Of a DNA stretch of 64,000 bases, positions 11,935 to 24,484 are shown one piece after another. This DNA comes from Malacoraja senta (lineage: Eukaryota): the NCBI GenBank assembly GCA_038087875.1, contig CM075980.1, forward strand, positions 10,416,001-10,480,000. The letters are read 5' to 3'. How positions within the stretch are numbered: the stretch's first letter is position 1; the number at the start of each line of letters is the position of its first letter. The position numbers and the translations under genes were made by a program. The notes beneath the pieces are model-generated. The model worked only from the letters and a program-made list of their open reading frames with translations, did no database searches and was not told the origin of the DNA.

Positions 11935-12660
11935 CCTGCTCTCTACGGAATTGAATCCTAGCCTGCTCAACCTGTCCGATAGCTTGGGACCTCGAGTCCC
12001 CATCTTCATAAATCGTCTCTGCACCCTTTCCAGCTTGACAACAATTTTCTTGTAACAAGGTGCCAAAAAATGAACATAATATTCTAACTGCAGCCACACC
12101 AATGTCTTATGCAACTGCAACATGACATCCCAACCTCTATACTCAATACTCTGACTGATGAAGGCCAAAGTAGGCAACCGAACAAGATCAAGATCCTGCT
12201 GCAATTTTTGAGAAACATCTTTACAATCTACAATACAACCACCTTTGTGTCACCTGCAAACTTGCTGATTTTGCCATGTACCTTCTCATCCAAATCATTG
12301 TCAGAGATACAAACAGCATTGGGCTCAGCGCCGAACCCGAGGCACACCACTTGTCAGAGGCCTCCAGCCGGAAAAACGAATATTCCACCATCACCCTCTG
12401 CTTCCTACCTTGAAGCCAATTTTTCTATCAATTCCGTTATCTCTCCTTGAAACCCACGGGATCTAACGTTCCAGAGCAGCCTTCCATGCCGAACCTTATC
12501 AAATGCCTTACTAAAATTCATGTATACAATTCTACCGATCTGCCTTCATGGACCTTTTTGGTCACATCTTCAAATCTGAATCAGATTCGTGAGACACGAC
12601 CACTCCGACCTCCCATGTTGACTATCCCAAATCAGTCATTGACCATCCAAATACATGTAT
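11935..12660 (-). mobile_element. Degenerate CR1 RT fragment
   Basis: LAFISQSIEYRGWDVMLQLHKTLV..LERVQRRF on the minus strand. Confidence 0.85.
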
Positions 12661-12664
12661 GCAT

Positions 12665-13480
12665 CATCGGGTGGCGCCGTGAGTGGCAGCCTCGACAGCA
12701 GCCCGTCTGTCCTTTCGACTTTTTGTTGTTATTTTTAGTGCGTCTAACTGTATGATTTAATGTTTCTCGGTAAGTCTTATGTGGGGGGGTCGTGGCGCGA
12801 AGAGGGGTAAACCGTTTTCAGTCACTTACCTCTACGGAGATGCGACTTTTCTCTTTGTCGCATCTTCGCCCCCCTCGGCCTAACAACTGGTTTGGTGCAG
12901 CCTTTCCAGACCGGAGACTGGCCCAGAGCTTCAGCAGTTTGCGCGGCGCGGACTTATAATCGCGGAGCCTGTGATCGTTTGCTGAAGGTCGCCAGTTTGG
13001 GGGCTCCGACCGCGGGTGCCTGCTTACTGCAGCGGTCTTCGGAGATTCTCGCCACGGAAGCGGCGTGGACTTACCATCGCGGAGCCTGGGATCCCTTGCC
13101 GGGGATCGCCAGAAGAAGTGCTCCGACCGCTGGCCCATGGTCTTTAACATCGTGAAGCAGCGGTCCCCGGTAAGAAGCGGCCAATTTGGGAACTCCAAGC
13201 CGCAGAGTGTATTCTGATTTCCCGACGTCGGTGTTTCGATCATCCCGCCGAGTGGGCGTGTACAGCGGGCGTCCGTAGCGGCGACTGCGGAGGGTTCAAG
13301 GCCCCGACGACGGGTGAACAAAGGAGAAAGATTGACTGAACTTTAGCGCCTTCCATCTCAGTGAGAAATGCCGATTCCACTGTGATGGATATTTATGTTA
13401 AACTCTATCGTGTATTGTGCTCTTTTTACTTGTATGGCTGTATGGTAACTCAAATATCACTGTGACCTAATTGTCTATTG
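12665..13480 (+). repeat. GC-rich interspersed repeat, related to 9890-10620
   Basis: Shared layout GCAGCC(C)GTC..TTTTTAGTG..GGGGG..CTTACC/GGTCCCT..TTTTCTC..GGCCTA; AT-rich 3' end ..CACTGTGACCTAATTG..GTGACAATAAA split by a CR1 tail insertion. Confidence 0.45.
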
Positions 13481-13608
13481 TCTATTAGAAGGCAAGAATG
13501 GGGTACTGATTGGGGATGATCAGCCATGATCACATTGAATGGCGGTGCTGGCTCGATGGGCCGAATGACCTGCTCCTGCACCTATTGTCTATTGTCTATT
13601 GTCTATTG
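13473..13608 (+). mobile_element. Very short 5'-truncated CR1 3' end with (ATTGTCT)n tail
   Basis: GATGATCAGCCATGATCACATTGAATGGCGGTGCTGGCTCG..CCTATTGTCTATTGTCTATTG; same family end as 45290-45420. Confidence 0.8.
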
Positions 13609-13624
13609 GTGCTTGTGACAATAA

Positions 13625-13890
13625 ATGTGAACTTGACCTCTCCTGTCCCTCAGAATACTCACCAGTAACTTTCCTACCACAGATGTTAGGATCGCTGGAA
13701 TGTAGCTTCCAGCCTTTCCCCTGCAGCCCTTCATGAATAGAGGCGCACCATTTGCCTCCCTACAATCTTCCGACACCTCGCCTGTATTTACCAAAAGACT
13801 CTGCGGCGGCTCCAGCAATTTCCTCTGTGGCTTATCACAGTGTCCTTGGATGTATCTGATCAGGCCCTGGATATTTGTCTATCTTAAACA
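13625..13890 (-). mobile_element. CR1 fragment
   Basis: GEVSEDCREAN..PLF.KG..YIPAILTSVVGKLL. Confidence 0.75.
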
Positions 13891-13911
13891 CGTAAGGACC
13901 TTCAGCATATA

Positions 13912-15383
13912 CAGTACTCTCCATAATGTTTGGGACAAAGGCCCATCATTTATTTATTTGCCTCTGTACTCCACAATTTGAGATTTGTAATATAAAAAAT
14001 CACATGTGGTTAAAGTGCACATTGTCAGATTTCTAAAAAGGCCATTTGTATACATGTGGAAATTACAGTTGTGTTTATACATAGTCTCCCTCATTTCAGC
14101 GCACCATAATGTTTGGGACGCTTTGTTTCACAGGTGCTTGTAATTGCTCAGGTGTGTTTAAAGGCCTCCTTAATGCAGGTATAAGAGAGCTATCAGCACC
14201 TAGTCTTTACTCCACTCTTTCCATCACCTTTGGAAACTTTTACTGCTGTTTATCAACATGAGCACCAAACTTGTGCCAAAGAAAGTTAAAGAAGCCATTA
14301 TGAGACCGAGAAACAAGAATAAAACTGTTGGAGACATCAGCCACACGTTAGGCTTACCAAACTCAACTGTTTGGAACATCATTAGAGAGAGAGCACTGGT
14401 GAGCTTACTAATCACAATGCCAACGAAGACCTCCACAGCTGATGACAGAAGAATTATCTCTAAAATAAAGGGAAAAAAACAAACACATGTCCGACAGATC
14501 AGAAACACTCTTCATGAGTCAGGTGCGGATTTCTCAATGACCACTGCCACAGAAGACTTCCTGAACAGAAATACAAAGGCTACACTGCAAGATGCAAACC
14601 ACTGGTTAGCCGCAAAATAGGATGGCCAGGTTACTGTTTGCAAGAAGTACTTAAAAGAGCAACCACAGTTCTGGAAAAAGGTCTTGTGAACAGATGAGAC
14701 GAAGATTAACTTATATCAGTGTGATGGCATAAGGAGTAGAGAAGGAACTGCCCAAAATCCAAAGCATAGCATCTCACCTGTGAAACACGGTGGTGGGGGT
14801 GTTATGGCCTGGGCATGTATGGCTGCTGAAGGTACAGGCTCACTCATCTTCATTGCTGATACAACTGCTGATGGTAGTAGCATAATGAATTCTGAAGTGT
14901 GTAGACACATCCTATCAGCTCAAGTTCAAACAACTTCCTCAAAACTCATTGGCCGGTAGTTCATTCTACAGCAAGACAAGGATCCCAAACATACTGCTAA
15001 AGCAGCAAATTGGTTTTTCAAAGCTAAAAAATGGTCAATTCTTGAGTGGCCAAGACAATCACCCGATCTGAACCCAATTGAGCATGCCTTTTATTTGCTG
15101 AAGAAAAACTGAAGGGGACTAGCCCCCAGAACAAAATAAGCTAAAGATGGCTGCAATACCAGAGAAGACAACCAGCAACTGGTGATGTCCATGAATCGCA
15201 GACTTCAAGCAGTCATTGCATGCAAAGGATATGCAACAAAATACTAAACATGACTACTTTCATTTACATGACATTGCTGTGTCCCAAACATTATGGTGTC
15301 CTGAAATGGGGGGGACTATGTATAAACACTGCTGTCATTTCTACATGGTGAAACCCAAATGTTTAAAAATGGCCTTTATTAAA
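13912..15383 (+). mobile_element. Tc1/mariner transposon with long IR/DR-type TIRs, decayed; right TIR truncated
   Basis: TA|CAGT start at 13910-13915; DR CCATAATGTTTGGGAC at 13921 and 14104 and its complement at 15281-15296. Transposase remnants: HTH (ISHTLGLPNSTVWNII), DETKINL, QQDKDPKHT and WP..SPDLNPIEH. Confidence 0.92.
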
Positions 15384-15599
15384 GAACCAGTAAAGAACAC
15401 AAGGTGGCACAAGTTCGAAACGCGGACCGATTAAGCACAACCGCTGGTGGAATCTGCACATCGTGGTATGATCACGTCTACACCTGAGCACCACTATGGG
15501 TAGAGTAGAATTAACACAAGCTATACTGTAAACGTTTATCCAGCGGAGGGGGAGACGGAGCGCAGAAAGGAGATTGAAACCCGCATAACCTGGTGCCAA

Positions 15600-16260
15600 A
15601 ATAACAACTGGTCTCTCAATGGCAGCACGACGTACGAGATTCTGGTTGACTTCATGGAACCAAGAAGGACACACATGATGACGGCGAACTAGAGGTGTTC
15701 GAATGAATATCACCAGCAAACTCGCCTGGACCAGCCATGTCGAAACAATGGCCAAGAATGCACACAACGCCTTTATTTCCTAAGGAGACTCAGTAAGTTT
15801 GGCGTGTACTTAACAGCCCTCGCCAATTACCAAAGCTGCGCTCTAGAAAACATTTTAATCGGCATGCATCACACCCGTGGTTTGGGAACAGGTCCATCGA
15901 AACTCGCAAGAAATTGCAGACAGTTGTGGACATAGCCCAGGCCATCACGCAAAACAGCCTACCTTCCTTGGACTCCATCTGCACCACGCTGCCTTGCTGG
16001 GCCACCATCTTAATCAAGAAGTAGTCTCACTCTGGTCATTCCCTCTCTCCCATCAAGCAAGAAGTACAGAAGTTTGAAAACGCATACGTCCAGATTCACG
16101 GAAAGTTACTTTCCAGCTGTTATCAGGCAACCGAACCGTCCTCTCACGAGCGGGTGTGCGGTCCAGGCCTCTCGTTTAGCCTCATAGGAGACCATTGAAT
16201 TATCGTTAATAGGACTTCATCATGCACTGAATGGTATACCTTTATCCTCTACCTGTACAA
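15600..16260 (+). mobile_element. Rex1/Babar-type LINE 3' fragment
   Basis: Homologous to 10870-11575 (AACAATGGCCAAGAATGCACACAACGCCTTTATTTCCTAAGGAGACTCAGTAAGTTTGGC). Confidence 0.7.
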
Positions 16261-16932
16261 TGTGGACATTATAATCATATAGAATCCTTTTGTTGACATC
16301 AAAAAATGTTTTTACAGTCTCAATATAATAAACTAAACTAAGATGATGAAGAAGAAATATGAGTTCAAAATACAGTGATCATGGGATGTAATTGTGAACG
16401 AAATAAATGTAAGATTCCAGATTGCGGTGATACGGGAATTTCAGATTTAACATTGTCCATTAGCGCCACGGTAGCATTGATGAAGAAGAAAGAAAACGCA
16501 CACAGGCATTCTGTTTAATGAACTTTGACGAAGAACACCAACGTCTGTGTCCATTGTGCAGAGCGGGGACTAAGGGCATTTTCGTGTCTCTGGAGACATA
16601 TTCAGGCGGAATTGGCATGACACAGATATCCAAGTTCGCCGAAGAACTGGCAAAGTTCAAAGCGCCAGATGTGCACTTGTTCTAGGAGTTTGGGAGTTCT
16701 GTTTGAAATTAAGAAGCTCAGTTTTAACAAACCATTGTTCACAGCGCCACGCGCAAATATGCTCTGGAACAGGATGTCAACGTGTGGCATAGACGACATA
16801 GGTTTTGCAATAGTATTGACGTATATAGATATATTTCAATGAGCTCATCGCCACGGGGATCATGCTGGGACCACCTTCTTACTAATCGGGTAAAAATGGG
16901 GTTGATGGGAAATAACCAAATCGTGGAGTTTT

Positions 16933-17186
16933 TATTTAAATCATTTTATTTGAATTTCACAGCAATTTGCATACATACTATGATAACAGACAGTGACAGT
17001 CAAGGCATAATTGTGCAACAGTATGTAAGCGACCCTCAAAGCCCTTACCCTTACCCACCTTCAACCCACCCGAATCAGGTCGGAACCAAACGGGGACAAA
17101 CAACACTCACATACGTACACATCCACACAAATATGGTAAGATAAACGAAACAAAAAGTACTTTAAAAAAGTAATAAATTAAAAAAA

Positions 17187-17230
<44 letters not shown>

Positions 17231-19816
17231 GAATTTCGGGTCACTAATAACAGTAAATAAGTAAGTAATTAAATAAATAAGTGTGGGGAGGGCGGGGGGT
17301 TAAGGGGAGAGCAGCTGCAGTAGAGCAAAACAATGGTGGAGAGCACTCAATCCTCTTCCGAGTCCGGGGACAGGTTGAGAGAGTTAACAAGTTCCAAGCA
17401 AGGGTTCCATGTATCTAGGAATGTCTTGGTAGAGCCTTTGAGAGAGAAGCTAAGTTTTTCAAGCTTTAAATTATAAAGCACCTCCTTAATCCAACGGGCG
17501 TGTGTCGGGGGACAGGTGAGCCTCCAGTTAAGCAAGATCAGTCTCCGGGCTAACAAGGTTGTAAAAGCTAGGACCCGTTTCACCGCAACAGAGAGGTTGG
17601 TGTTGGGAGGGGTACCGAAAATGGCTGACATTGGGTTTGGAGGAATAGTCTGGCCGTAGGCTCTGCTTATCAAGTCGAAAGCACTCCTCCAAAAGGCTGC
17701 TAGCTTAGGGCAAGACCAAAACATATGCTATGGTTGGCAGGGGATTGATTACATCTGTTGCAGGTGTCCCTAACAGCGGGGTAAATTCTAGATAATCTTG
17801 CATTTGTGTAGTGGACTTTGTGAAGGACTTTGCATTGGATTAGGCCATGACGGGCACATATGGAGGAAGAATGGATCAAATCCAAGGCAGAGTCCCATTG
17901 CTGGTCTGTTAGTTTCGTATTCAGCTCACCCTCCCACGCAGCTTTTAATGAGGTATGAAGTTTCAATATAACCGACCCTAGCAAATTATACAATATAGAG
18001 ATGCATTTCTTCCGGTTGGGATCTAGAGCTAAGATGGTATCGGTCAGGGTTTCAGGGGGGCGATTTGGGAAATGGGGAATGTCTTCTTCACAAAATCCCT
18101 AATCTGCATAAAACGAAAAAGGTGGGAGTTTGGGAGGCTGTAGTTGGACGAGAGCACCGCAAAGGACGAAAAGATGCCATCCTTGTAAAGGTTTTTGATA
18201 CTACTGATACCGTTGCTATGCCAGGTTTTGAATGCGTGGTCTGTACTTGAAGGTTTAAAGATGTGATTTTTAAGCAGTGGGGTCAAGATGGAAGGGCCTT
18301 GTAAACCGAATTTTTTCCTGAGTTGACTCCATATCTTGAGCGAGAGGGACGCAATTGGGCCTGCACCCACAGATGTTATAGGAAGGGGGAGTTGGGAGCA
18401 TAGGACAGACCGCAACGGGAGACGTGAACTCGCCTTTTCCATGTATACCCAGGTCGGTAGGTGGTCGCAATCATCATTCATCCAATACAGGAGTTTTTGC
18501 AAGTTAGCTGCCCAATAGTATCGCCTAAAGTCAGGAAGTGCCAAACCGCCGTCACTCTTAGGAGACTGCAGTATCGCCTTTCGGATTCTAGCCGGTTTGC
18601 TACCCCATAAAAATTTAGATATTGGCCTTTCTAATTGATCAAAAAAAGATTTAGTGATAAGTATAGGGACGTGCTGGAAAATATACAGGAATTTGGGTAG
18701 GACGACCATCTTGACCAGATTTATCCGGCCCACGAGGGATAGCGGTAAAACTGACCAGCGGTCAAAATCTCTTTCGACTTTCTCAACCAGAGGCAGAAAG
18801 TTTGTGCGGAACATGTCAGATAAGGGTGTTGTGATAAAAACGCCGAGATAGCGAAACCCGTCCTCTGCCCATTTGAATGAGGTTAAAGAGCGAGGGAACT
18901 GCTTAGCCAATGAGTTAATCGGTAATAGCTCACTCTTTTGGTAGTTAAGTTTATAACCAGAATACGCACCAAACCGTTCTAAAATATTCGTAATCACAGG
19001 GAGAGAACTGACTGGGTTCGAGATGTACAGGAGCAGGTCATCTGCATACAATGAGACTTTATGAGTTGTGTCGAACTGTGTAATACCTTTGAAGCCCTTC
19101 TCTGAGCGTAACCAGACCGCCAGGGGTTCTATCGCGACAGCAAACAGGAGTGGTGATAACGGGCAACCCTGTCTGGTACCTCTCTGAAGGGGGAAGTGGG
19201 GCGACAGTGTGCCGTTTGTTTGTACTGAGGCCACCGGGGACGAGTATATTAGACTGACCCAAAGAATAAAACTGTTACCGAGGCCAAACCTGTCCATCGC
19301 CTCATATAGGTACTTCCACTCGACCCTGTCGAAAGCTTTTTCGGCATCGAGGGAGACCACTATCTCCGGGGTCTCACTACTCGGTGAATGGATGATGTTC
19401 AGGAGTGAAATTGGTCTATAGCTACTACAAAGCAGGGGATCTTTCTCCTTTTTTAAGAATTAGGGAGATAGTAGCCCACGACAAGGTGGGCGGTAGGCGA
19501 CGATGTAAAAACGCCTCGTTGTACATATCTCTCAGGACTGGTGCGAGGAGAGCAGAGAAAGCTTTGTAATATTCTACAGTGAAGCCGTCAGGGCCGGGTG
19601 ACTTTCCGCTTTGCAGCGATGTGATGGCTGCTTGGACCTCAGCAACAGTTATGGGACCACCCAAGTCTCCCGTGGCTTCATCGTCAATTCGGGGAAACGT
19701 CATACTACTGAGCATGTCACCTGCAGTGGGAGGACAGTCGGAAGCGTATAGTTCAGCGTAGAATTTAGCAAACGCTTCATTAATTCTAAGAGGATCAGTA
19801 TGAATCTCCCCTAAGC
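16933..19816 (-). mobile_element. 5'-truncated L1/Tx1-clade LINE, ORF2 RT to CCHC, frameshifted
   Basis: KSPGPDGF, SLDAEKAFDRVEW, RGTRQGCPLSPLLF, LYADD and CNRC..H..FWSC motifs. 12-bp TSD TCGTGGAGTTTT at 16921-16932 and 19817-19828. (TAAA)n tract at ~17190-17230 in the 3'UTR. Confidence 0.95.
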
Positions 19817-20000
19817 TCGTGGAGTTTTAAAGAGGAGAACATTGCGTTTTTTTACATCGGAAGATCAAGCCCATGGGGCAAACTGGTAATAAGTGACAGT
19901 AATATCGCAAATGTAAAGGGTGATATTGCGCCAGTTGTGTTTGAATAGACGGTAGTTAAAATAGACGGTGCATGAAGACCAATTGAGACAGATTAATTGG

Positions 20001-20300
20001 TTTGTTAACATGTGGTTAACAAAAATAAATTGAGGAAGAACCCAAAAAGTGCAAGAGGTGATCTCAGAGTCGATGTCGCGCCGAGTACCGGTGACGCGGA
20101 CCGGACGGGAACCCACCCGATAGGCTCACCTCGCCCGCCCGGAGAGGAAGGAGTCGGAGGAAGGGCCGTTAAGCAGACTGGCTGCGGGAGGGAGTGCACA
20201 ACCCTGACGGTGAAGAGGGCCGATGAAGAACCTGCAACGCTGCCAGGGTAGCGGACCTTCATGCCACACGTTAATGCAGGGTCAAGAACCCTGCATTAAC
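20001..20300. other. GC-rich ~300-bp segment bounded by two perfect hairpins
   Basis: TTTGTTAAC-ATGTG-GTTAACAAA (20001-20023) and GTTAATGCAGGGT-CAAGA-ACCCTGCATTAAC (20270-20300). Confidence 0.5.
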
Positions 20301-21873
20301 AACAACTGGGATTTGAAAATGGAGCCAAATCTGGCGACTTTATATACTCTCTCAGTGTACCACCACGATACCCTTTTACTGTATCTGAGATTTTTATCTA
20401 AGATGTATTTAAGTGCTTATGTATACTGATACTTGTACTGAACTGTAAACAAAAATGAATTACACTGTACCCTGGTAGATGAGAATAACGCACCATTGAA
20501 CCATTCATAAAATCTCTACGTATTTCTTTGAAGATAGACATAAAAAGCTGGTAAGACAGCATTGCCGGTGAAAAGCAGTATGTGACGTTTCGGTTCTGAA
20601 GAAGCTTCTCGACCCGACACGTCAGCCGTTCCTTTTCTCCGGAGATGCTGTCTGACCCGAATGAATTACTCCAACTTTTTTTATGTCTATCTTCGGTTTA
20701 AACCGCCATCTGCAGTTCCTTCCTACACACTACGTATTTCTTTAATCTGCACCGGGGCAGTGTATTTCAATTGGGCTGCTGAATATTCTCAGAGAGTTTT
20801 GAAGAAAGAGAGAACTCATTGGAAAATAAATGCTTATTGTGAGGGGGATGGACAAGAGATCCCTGGATCTGTTGGATCTACAGTGGACACAATATCACGC
20901 TGGATCTGGCTATGTAGGGGTGAGATAAAGTGGATAAAGCGGAGAAGGGTGTAAATTATTGGAATCCTCTTTGTTGGGTGGCTTTGAATGTCCCGTCATT
21001 GGAACAATTCATTTCTGATCGTCTGATATTGATGGATAGTTGGACACTAGAGAAACAGATGGAAATGCCAAGACCAGAAAGATTCAATCTTTGCTGTTTG
21101 CTCCCTCAGAAAAAAAATACAACCCACAGCGGTGATTGTGATGGAACATGGCATGATAACGACAGCTTAGCGTAATTGGAATACAAATCCCGTCACCGGT
21201 TAATGTCAATGTCTTCGGTGATAAAGGATGGAGTTGCGGTGCATAGTGTGGATAGTGTAAAGTGGAGGTGAGAACAAACCATCAGTTTTACAGAATCTTG
21301 CTGATATGTTGGGAATTAATGTCGTTTCTGGTAAATTTCCAGGTATGCACATATCTTGCCTTTATTTACAGTATGTAACGGTGCCTCTTACGAACGAAAA
21401 CATAATTAACAAAGCCTTTAAACCCTGAGGGTGTGGGGTTGGTAGGGACATTATTGACCAAAAGAACAACCTGAAACGTCAAATCAATTTCTCACTTCAG
21501 GCCGCCTCCTCTGCTGAGAATTAACAGCATTTTCTGCCAATGTTGTGGATTCTCATTAGAGTTGAGATCACGTTTGTCATGATTGGTTTAGAACGCATTG
21601 TATAACTTGACTAGTGGCACAAACTCAACTCCGGTTCTACTAATGTAATTCGAGATCGAGATTGAGGGAAAATAAATCAGCGTTTCTTGCTCAAATGTAC
21701 AAGACAACAGAATGCATATTAAGTCGTCATGTTTGGGGTCACAAATAAATCAAGGAGAATCAGCAATGCATTTGACAATAGTTTTAAAACTTTACTCAAC
21801 GTCTGCAAAGAATACCTTGGGTAAAATAGCAACATACATGCTTTTAGTTAAAGCAATTGAATCGACTTGATGC

Positions 21874-21879
21874 TTTATT
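21874..21879 (-). terminator. Probable polyadenylation signal of the Ig light-chain gene
   Basis: AATAAA on the minus strand ~180 nt after the C-exon stop. Confidence 0.55.
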
Positions 21880-22058
21880 CATGAACGATATTCGTTCGAA
21901 AGAACTACATTTAAGGCGAACAAGTCATAAAATATCAAGGTTTCAACTATAAATGGCATTTCTTTATGAAAATTCCGAAAGACAAAGACGAACTTTGTCA
22001 CATGGAAGAACCCAATGGTGATTAGCTAACTTTGGGGAGTCAGCTCACGTTTCAAACA

Positions 22059-22381
22059 TCAGATACAGCTAGATCTCATGATATTTGTCTTCAGCGGGTC
22101 TGACTGACTCTGGTGTTTAACCACACAGGAGTAAAGATTGTGTAAGTTCCAGTCTGAGGCTGTCAGAGTCAGGAAACTGCTGAGACTGAACGTGTTGTCC
22201 TTATCCTGCTGGATCGGGCTGGTCTCAACGCCGCTATTTTTTGGACTGCCGTCAATGCTCCACTCAACGGCCACCGAGCCCGGGTTAAAGCCGTTCACCA
22301 AGCACACCAGGGTGGCGGTGCCCTTTGAGGTAACTTCTTCGGCTGAGGGCGGGAGGACCGTCACGATCGGTGCACGAGGAG
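22059..22381 (-). CDS. IGLC: Ig light chain (type II/NS3, lambda-like) constant exon
   Basis: Acceptor TTATTAAACAG|CT; (A)PRAPIVTVLPPSAEEVTSKGTATLVCLVNGFNPG..EWSIDG..TFSLSSFLTL..W....YSCVVKH..RSSCI*. C1-set Cys/Trp/Cys and the C-terminal interchain Cys are present; it resembles shark type II C regions as I recall them. Confidence 0.96.
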
Positions 22382-23039
22382 CTGTTTAATAAGAAGTCAC
22401 AGTTAATTGGAGAATTGCTGTCGTTGAGATATCATTATTTGCCGAATATACATCTCATTAAAGCACTCATTTATTCATTTATAGAAATCAGTCGTTTTAT
22501 TCTCGACCTATTTCAAACCATTACAGTGCGTTTTTTTTAATTGGGTAAACAATAAATAAAGTACGTGAAAGCACCTAGAATAGTTAATTTTCTATCTGCC
22601 CTATGCATAAACTGCGGGAAAGCATCTGTGATAGATCATGGCTGCACTGTTTTATAAAACTGAATACATTATTATAACTTTTATAATGTCATTTTACTAC
22701 ACATCTTCGGCTTTACATTTATTTAAATATATCAGCAGATATAAACGATTCGCGGTCTCGAAATATATAATAACAGATTTAAACTGTTGTCCATTTGAGA
22801 TGGAGGGTGACGCTATTAAGTTCGGCAAAAATATATAGAAACTAGTCTTCGAAAGCCACGGTCGACAATCGCTGATGTCGTTCGCAATCAAGGATGACAT
22901 TGTAGTTCGAATATGCATTTATATTTGAAATGCACTGCTGTGTCCATGAAAGGCTGCTCTACGTATTAAACAAAATTTTCGCCTTTCGCATTTCGCATTT
23001 AAACCCGTCAAGCGGAATTTTGACAGTGTTGAATATGAA

Positions 23040-23380
23040 CGTTGCTGACGCCCCGTTACCCAAGCAATATCCTTTCATATCTGGACAATCACTGCGTATA
23101 TTTCCGCAATTTATTGGACGAACCCTATTCCGTGCAACTTCAGTTCTACATCAACCCTCATCTAATTGACGATGTCAAAATCGGAGAGAAATTACACCAT
23201 TCGCATTAGGAAGTACGCGATCATTATTGGACGGGAAGCAAAATGGAAAATTGAACATTTGCATCACATTTTCGAGTACATTAAATTCATGGTGCGGTCC
23301 TAAGTAATTCTGTGAAGTGTAAAAAAAAAATATTGCTTGGAATCGCAGCTGCGCGATTTCTAATCTAATACTGACGCTGT
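23040..23380. promoter_or_regulatory. Candidate J-C intronic enhancer
   Basis: Perfect octamer ATTTGCAT 23257-23264, ETS core AGGAAGT 23208-23214, E-box CAGCTG 23346-23351 and TGAC-GAT-GTCA palindrome 23167-23177. Confidence 0.4.
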
Positions 23381-23925
23381 AAGGATTAGTCTTGCTCGGT
23401 CATGGTTGTTTTGAAATGCTTTGAAGGCGGAATATGGCTCTGATCAGCGAAAACAATTATATACGTTATTTTCGTAATGCAACTGAAGTATAATGGGCTA
23501 CAGAGTGAAACACTTGCTTGAATATTAGACAAAACAACATGGAATAAATAATTCCTTCACATCACGACACCGTGCAACCAGACCTCAATGCCTAAAAGGG
23601 GATGCAAGTAACTACTGTCCTAAGCGAGTTAATTCACTCAAAGTCGCTACAGTCCCGTGGTTCCCTGGGCACAGAATGCTTTTGTCGAGAAATTGATTGT
23701 TCGTCTGTAAAAGCTCAAGACAAAACATTAGCTCGCTTTTGCAGTCATTTCACTGAGCTATGTCCAAATGAACTGGGAACATCTGTATAGCAAGATCGCA
23801 CTATCTGCACTGAAATACAGCTGGCCCAATCGCGTATAATGTGAACTCACGACGTTAAATCAAGCAATATCTGCATTAAAATAAAAAGAAAATAGCGTGC
23901 TGTCCCAAGAATATATTTTACTTAC

Positions 23926-24267
23926 CGCCAATACCCAGCCTCGTTCCTTTACCGAAATGTAAACCACTATCCCATTTGGCACAGTAATAGTCCGCAGCAT
24001 CCACCGATTGAACACTAGATATTGCGAATACTAGAGAGCTGCCCGACACCGAGACGGAAAAACGGTCTGGAATGTCCGTGCCTTTATAAGTGCTGCCGGA
24101 TTCATAGTAGAATAGATACTTGGGAGTTTTGCCAGGAATCTGTTGGTACCACGAGACATAGTTAGCGCCTGAACTGGAACCCGATATGGTGCAGGATATT
24201 TGTATTTGCTGTCCCGTGGAGGCGGACATCGAAGGCGGCTGACTTACTGTAACTGCCGCGCTTAAGT
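23926..24267 (-). CDS. IGLV: Germline-joined VJ exon of the Ig light chain
   Basis: Acceptor TTTTCTCAG|AC; (Y)LSAAVTVSQPPSMSASTGQQIQISC..YVSWYQQIPGKTPKY..IPDRFS..DAADYYCAKWDSGLHFGKGTRLGIG|GTAAGT. The exon is 342 nt, phase 1-1, in frame with leader and C; there is no heptamer/nonamer between V and J. Confidence 0.96.
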
Positions 24268-24387
24268 CTGAGAAAAGAGAAATATCAGAAAAAAAGAAAA
24301 TTGTTAAGTTTGTTGAAGTGTGGGAGATAACCCCAAATTAATGGTGAACAGAAATAAGTATATTGTCCAGGAAAGTAAAATACTCAC

Positions 24388-24442
24388 AAACTGCGCAAAA
24401 CACCAACGCACCGACCACACGGATCCAATAAGACATTTTCAT
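24388..24442 (-). CDS. Ig light-chain leader exon
   Basis: ATGAAAATGTCTTATTGG... = MKMSYWIRVVGALVFCAV + T|GTGAGT; phase 1, 120-nt intron to the VJ exon. Confidence 0.92.
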
Positions 24443-24484
24443 TAACCGAATGAGCTCCGATCGGGCGGCAGTTTCCAGGACAAG

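Noticed and set aside
9983-13321. Numerous 80-200-aa ORFs on both strands in GC-rich repeats (also 38172-38908 and 39563-40314)
   Set aside because: Overlapping ORFs in all frames reflect stop-codon scarcity in high-GC DNA; no domain motifs.
20800-21270. Possible decayed V domain on the minus strand (LSLSC..LW..PDPA*YC)
   Set aside because: Needs several frameshifts, and the W-to-C spacing (~80 codons) is too long for a V domain.
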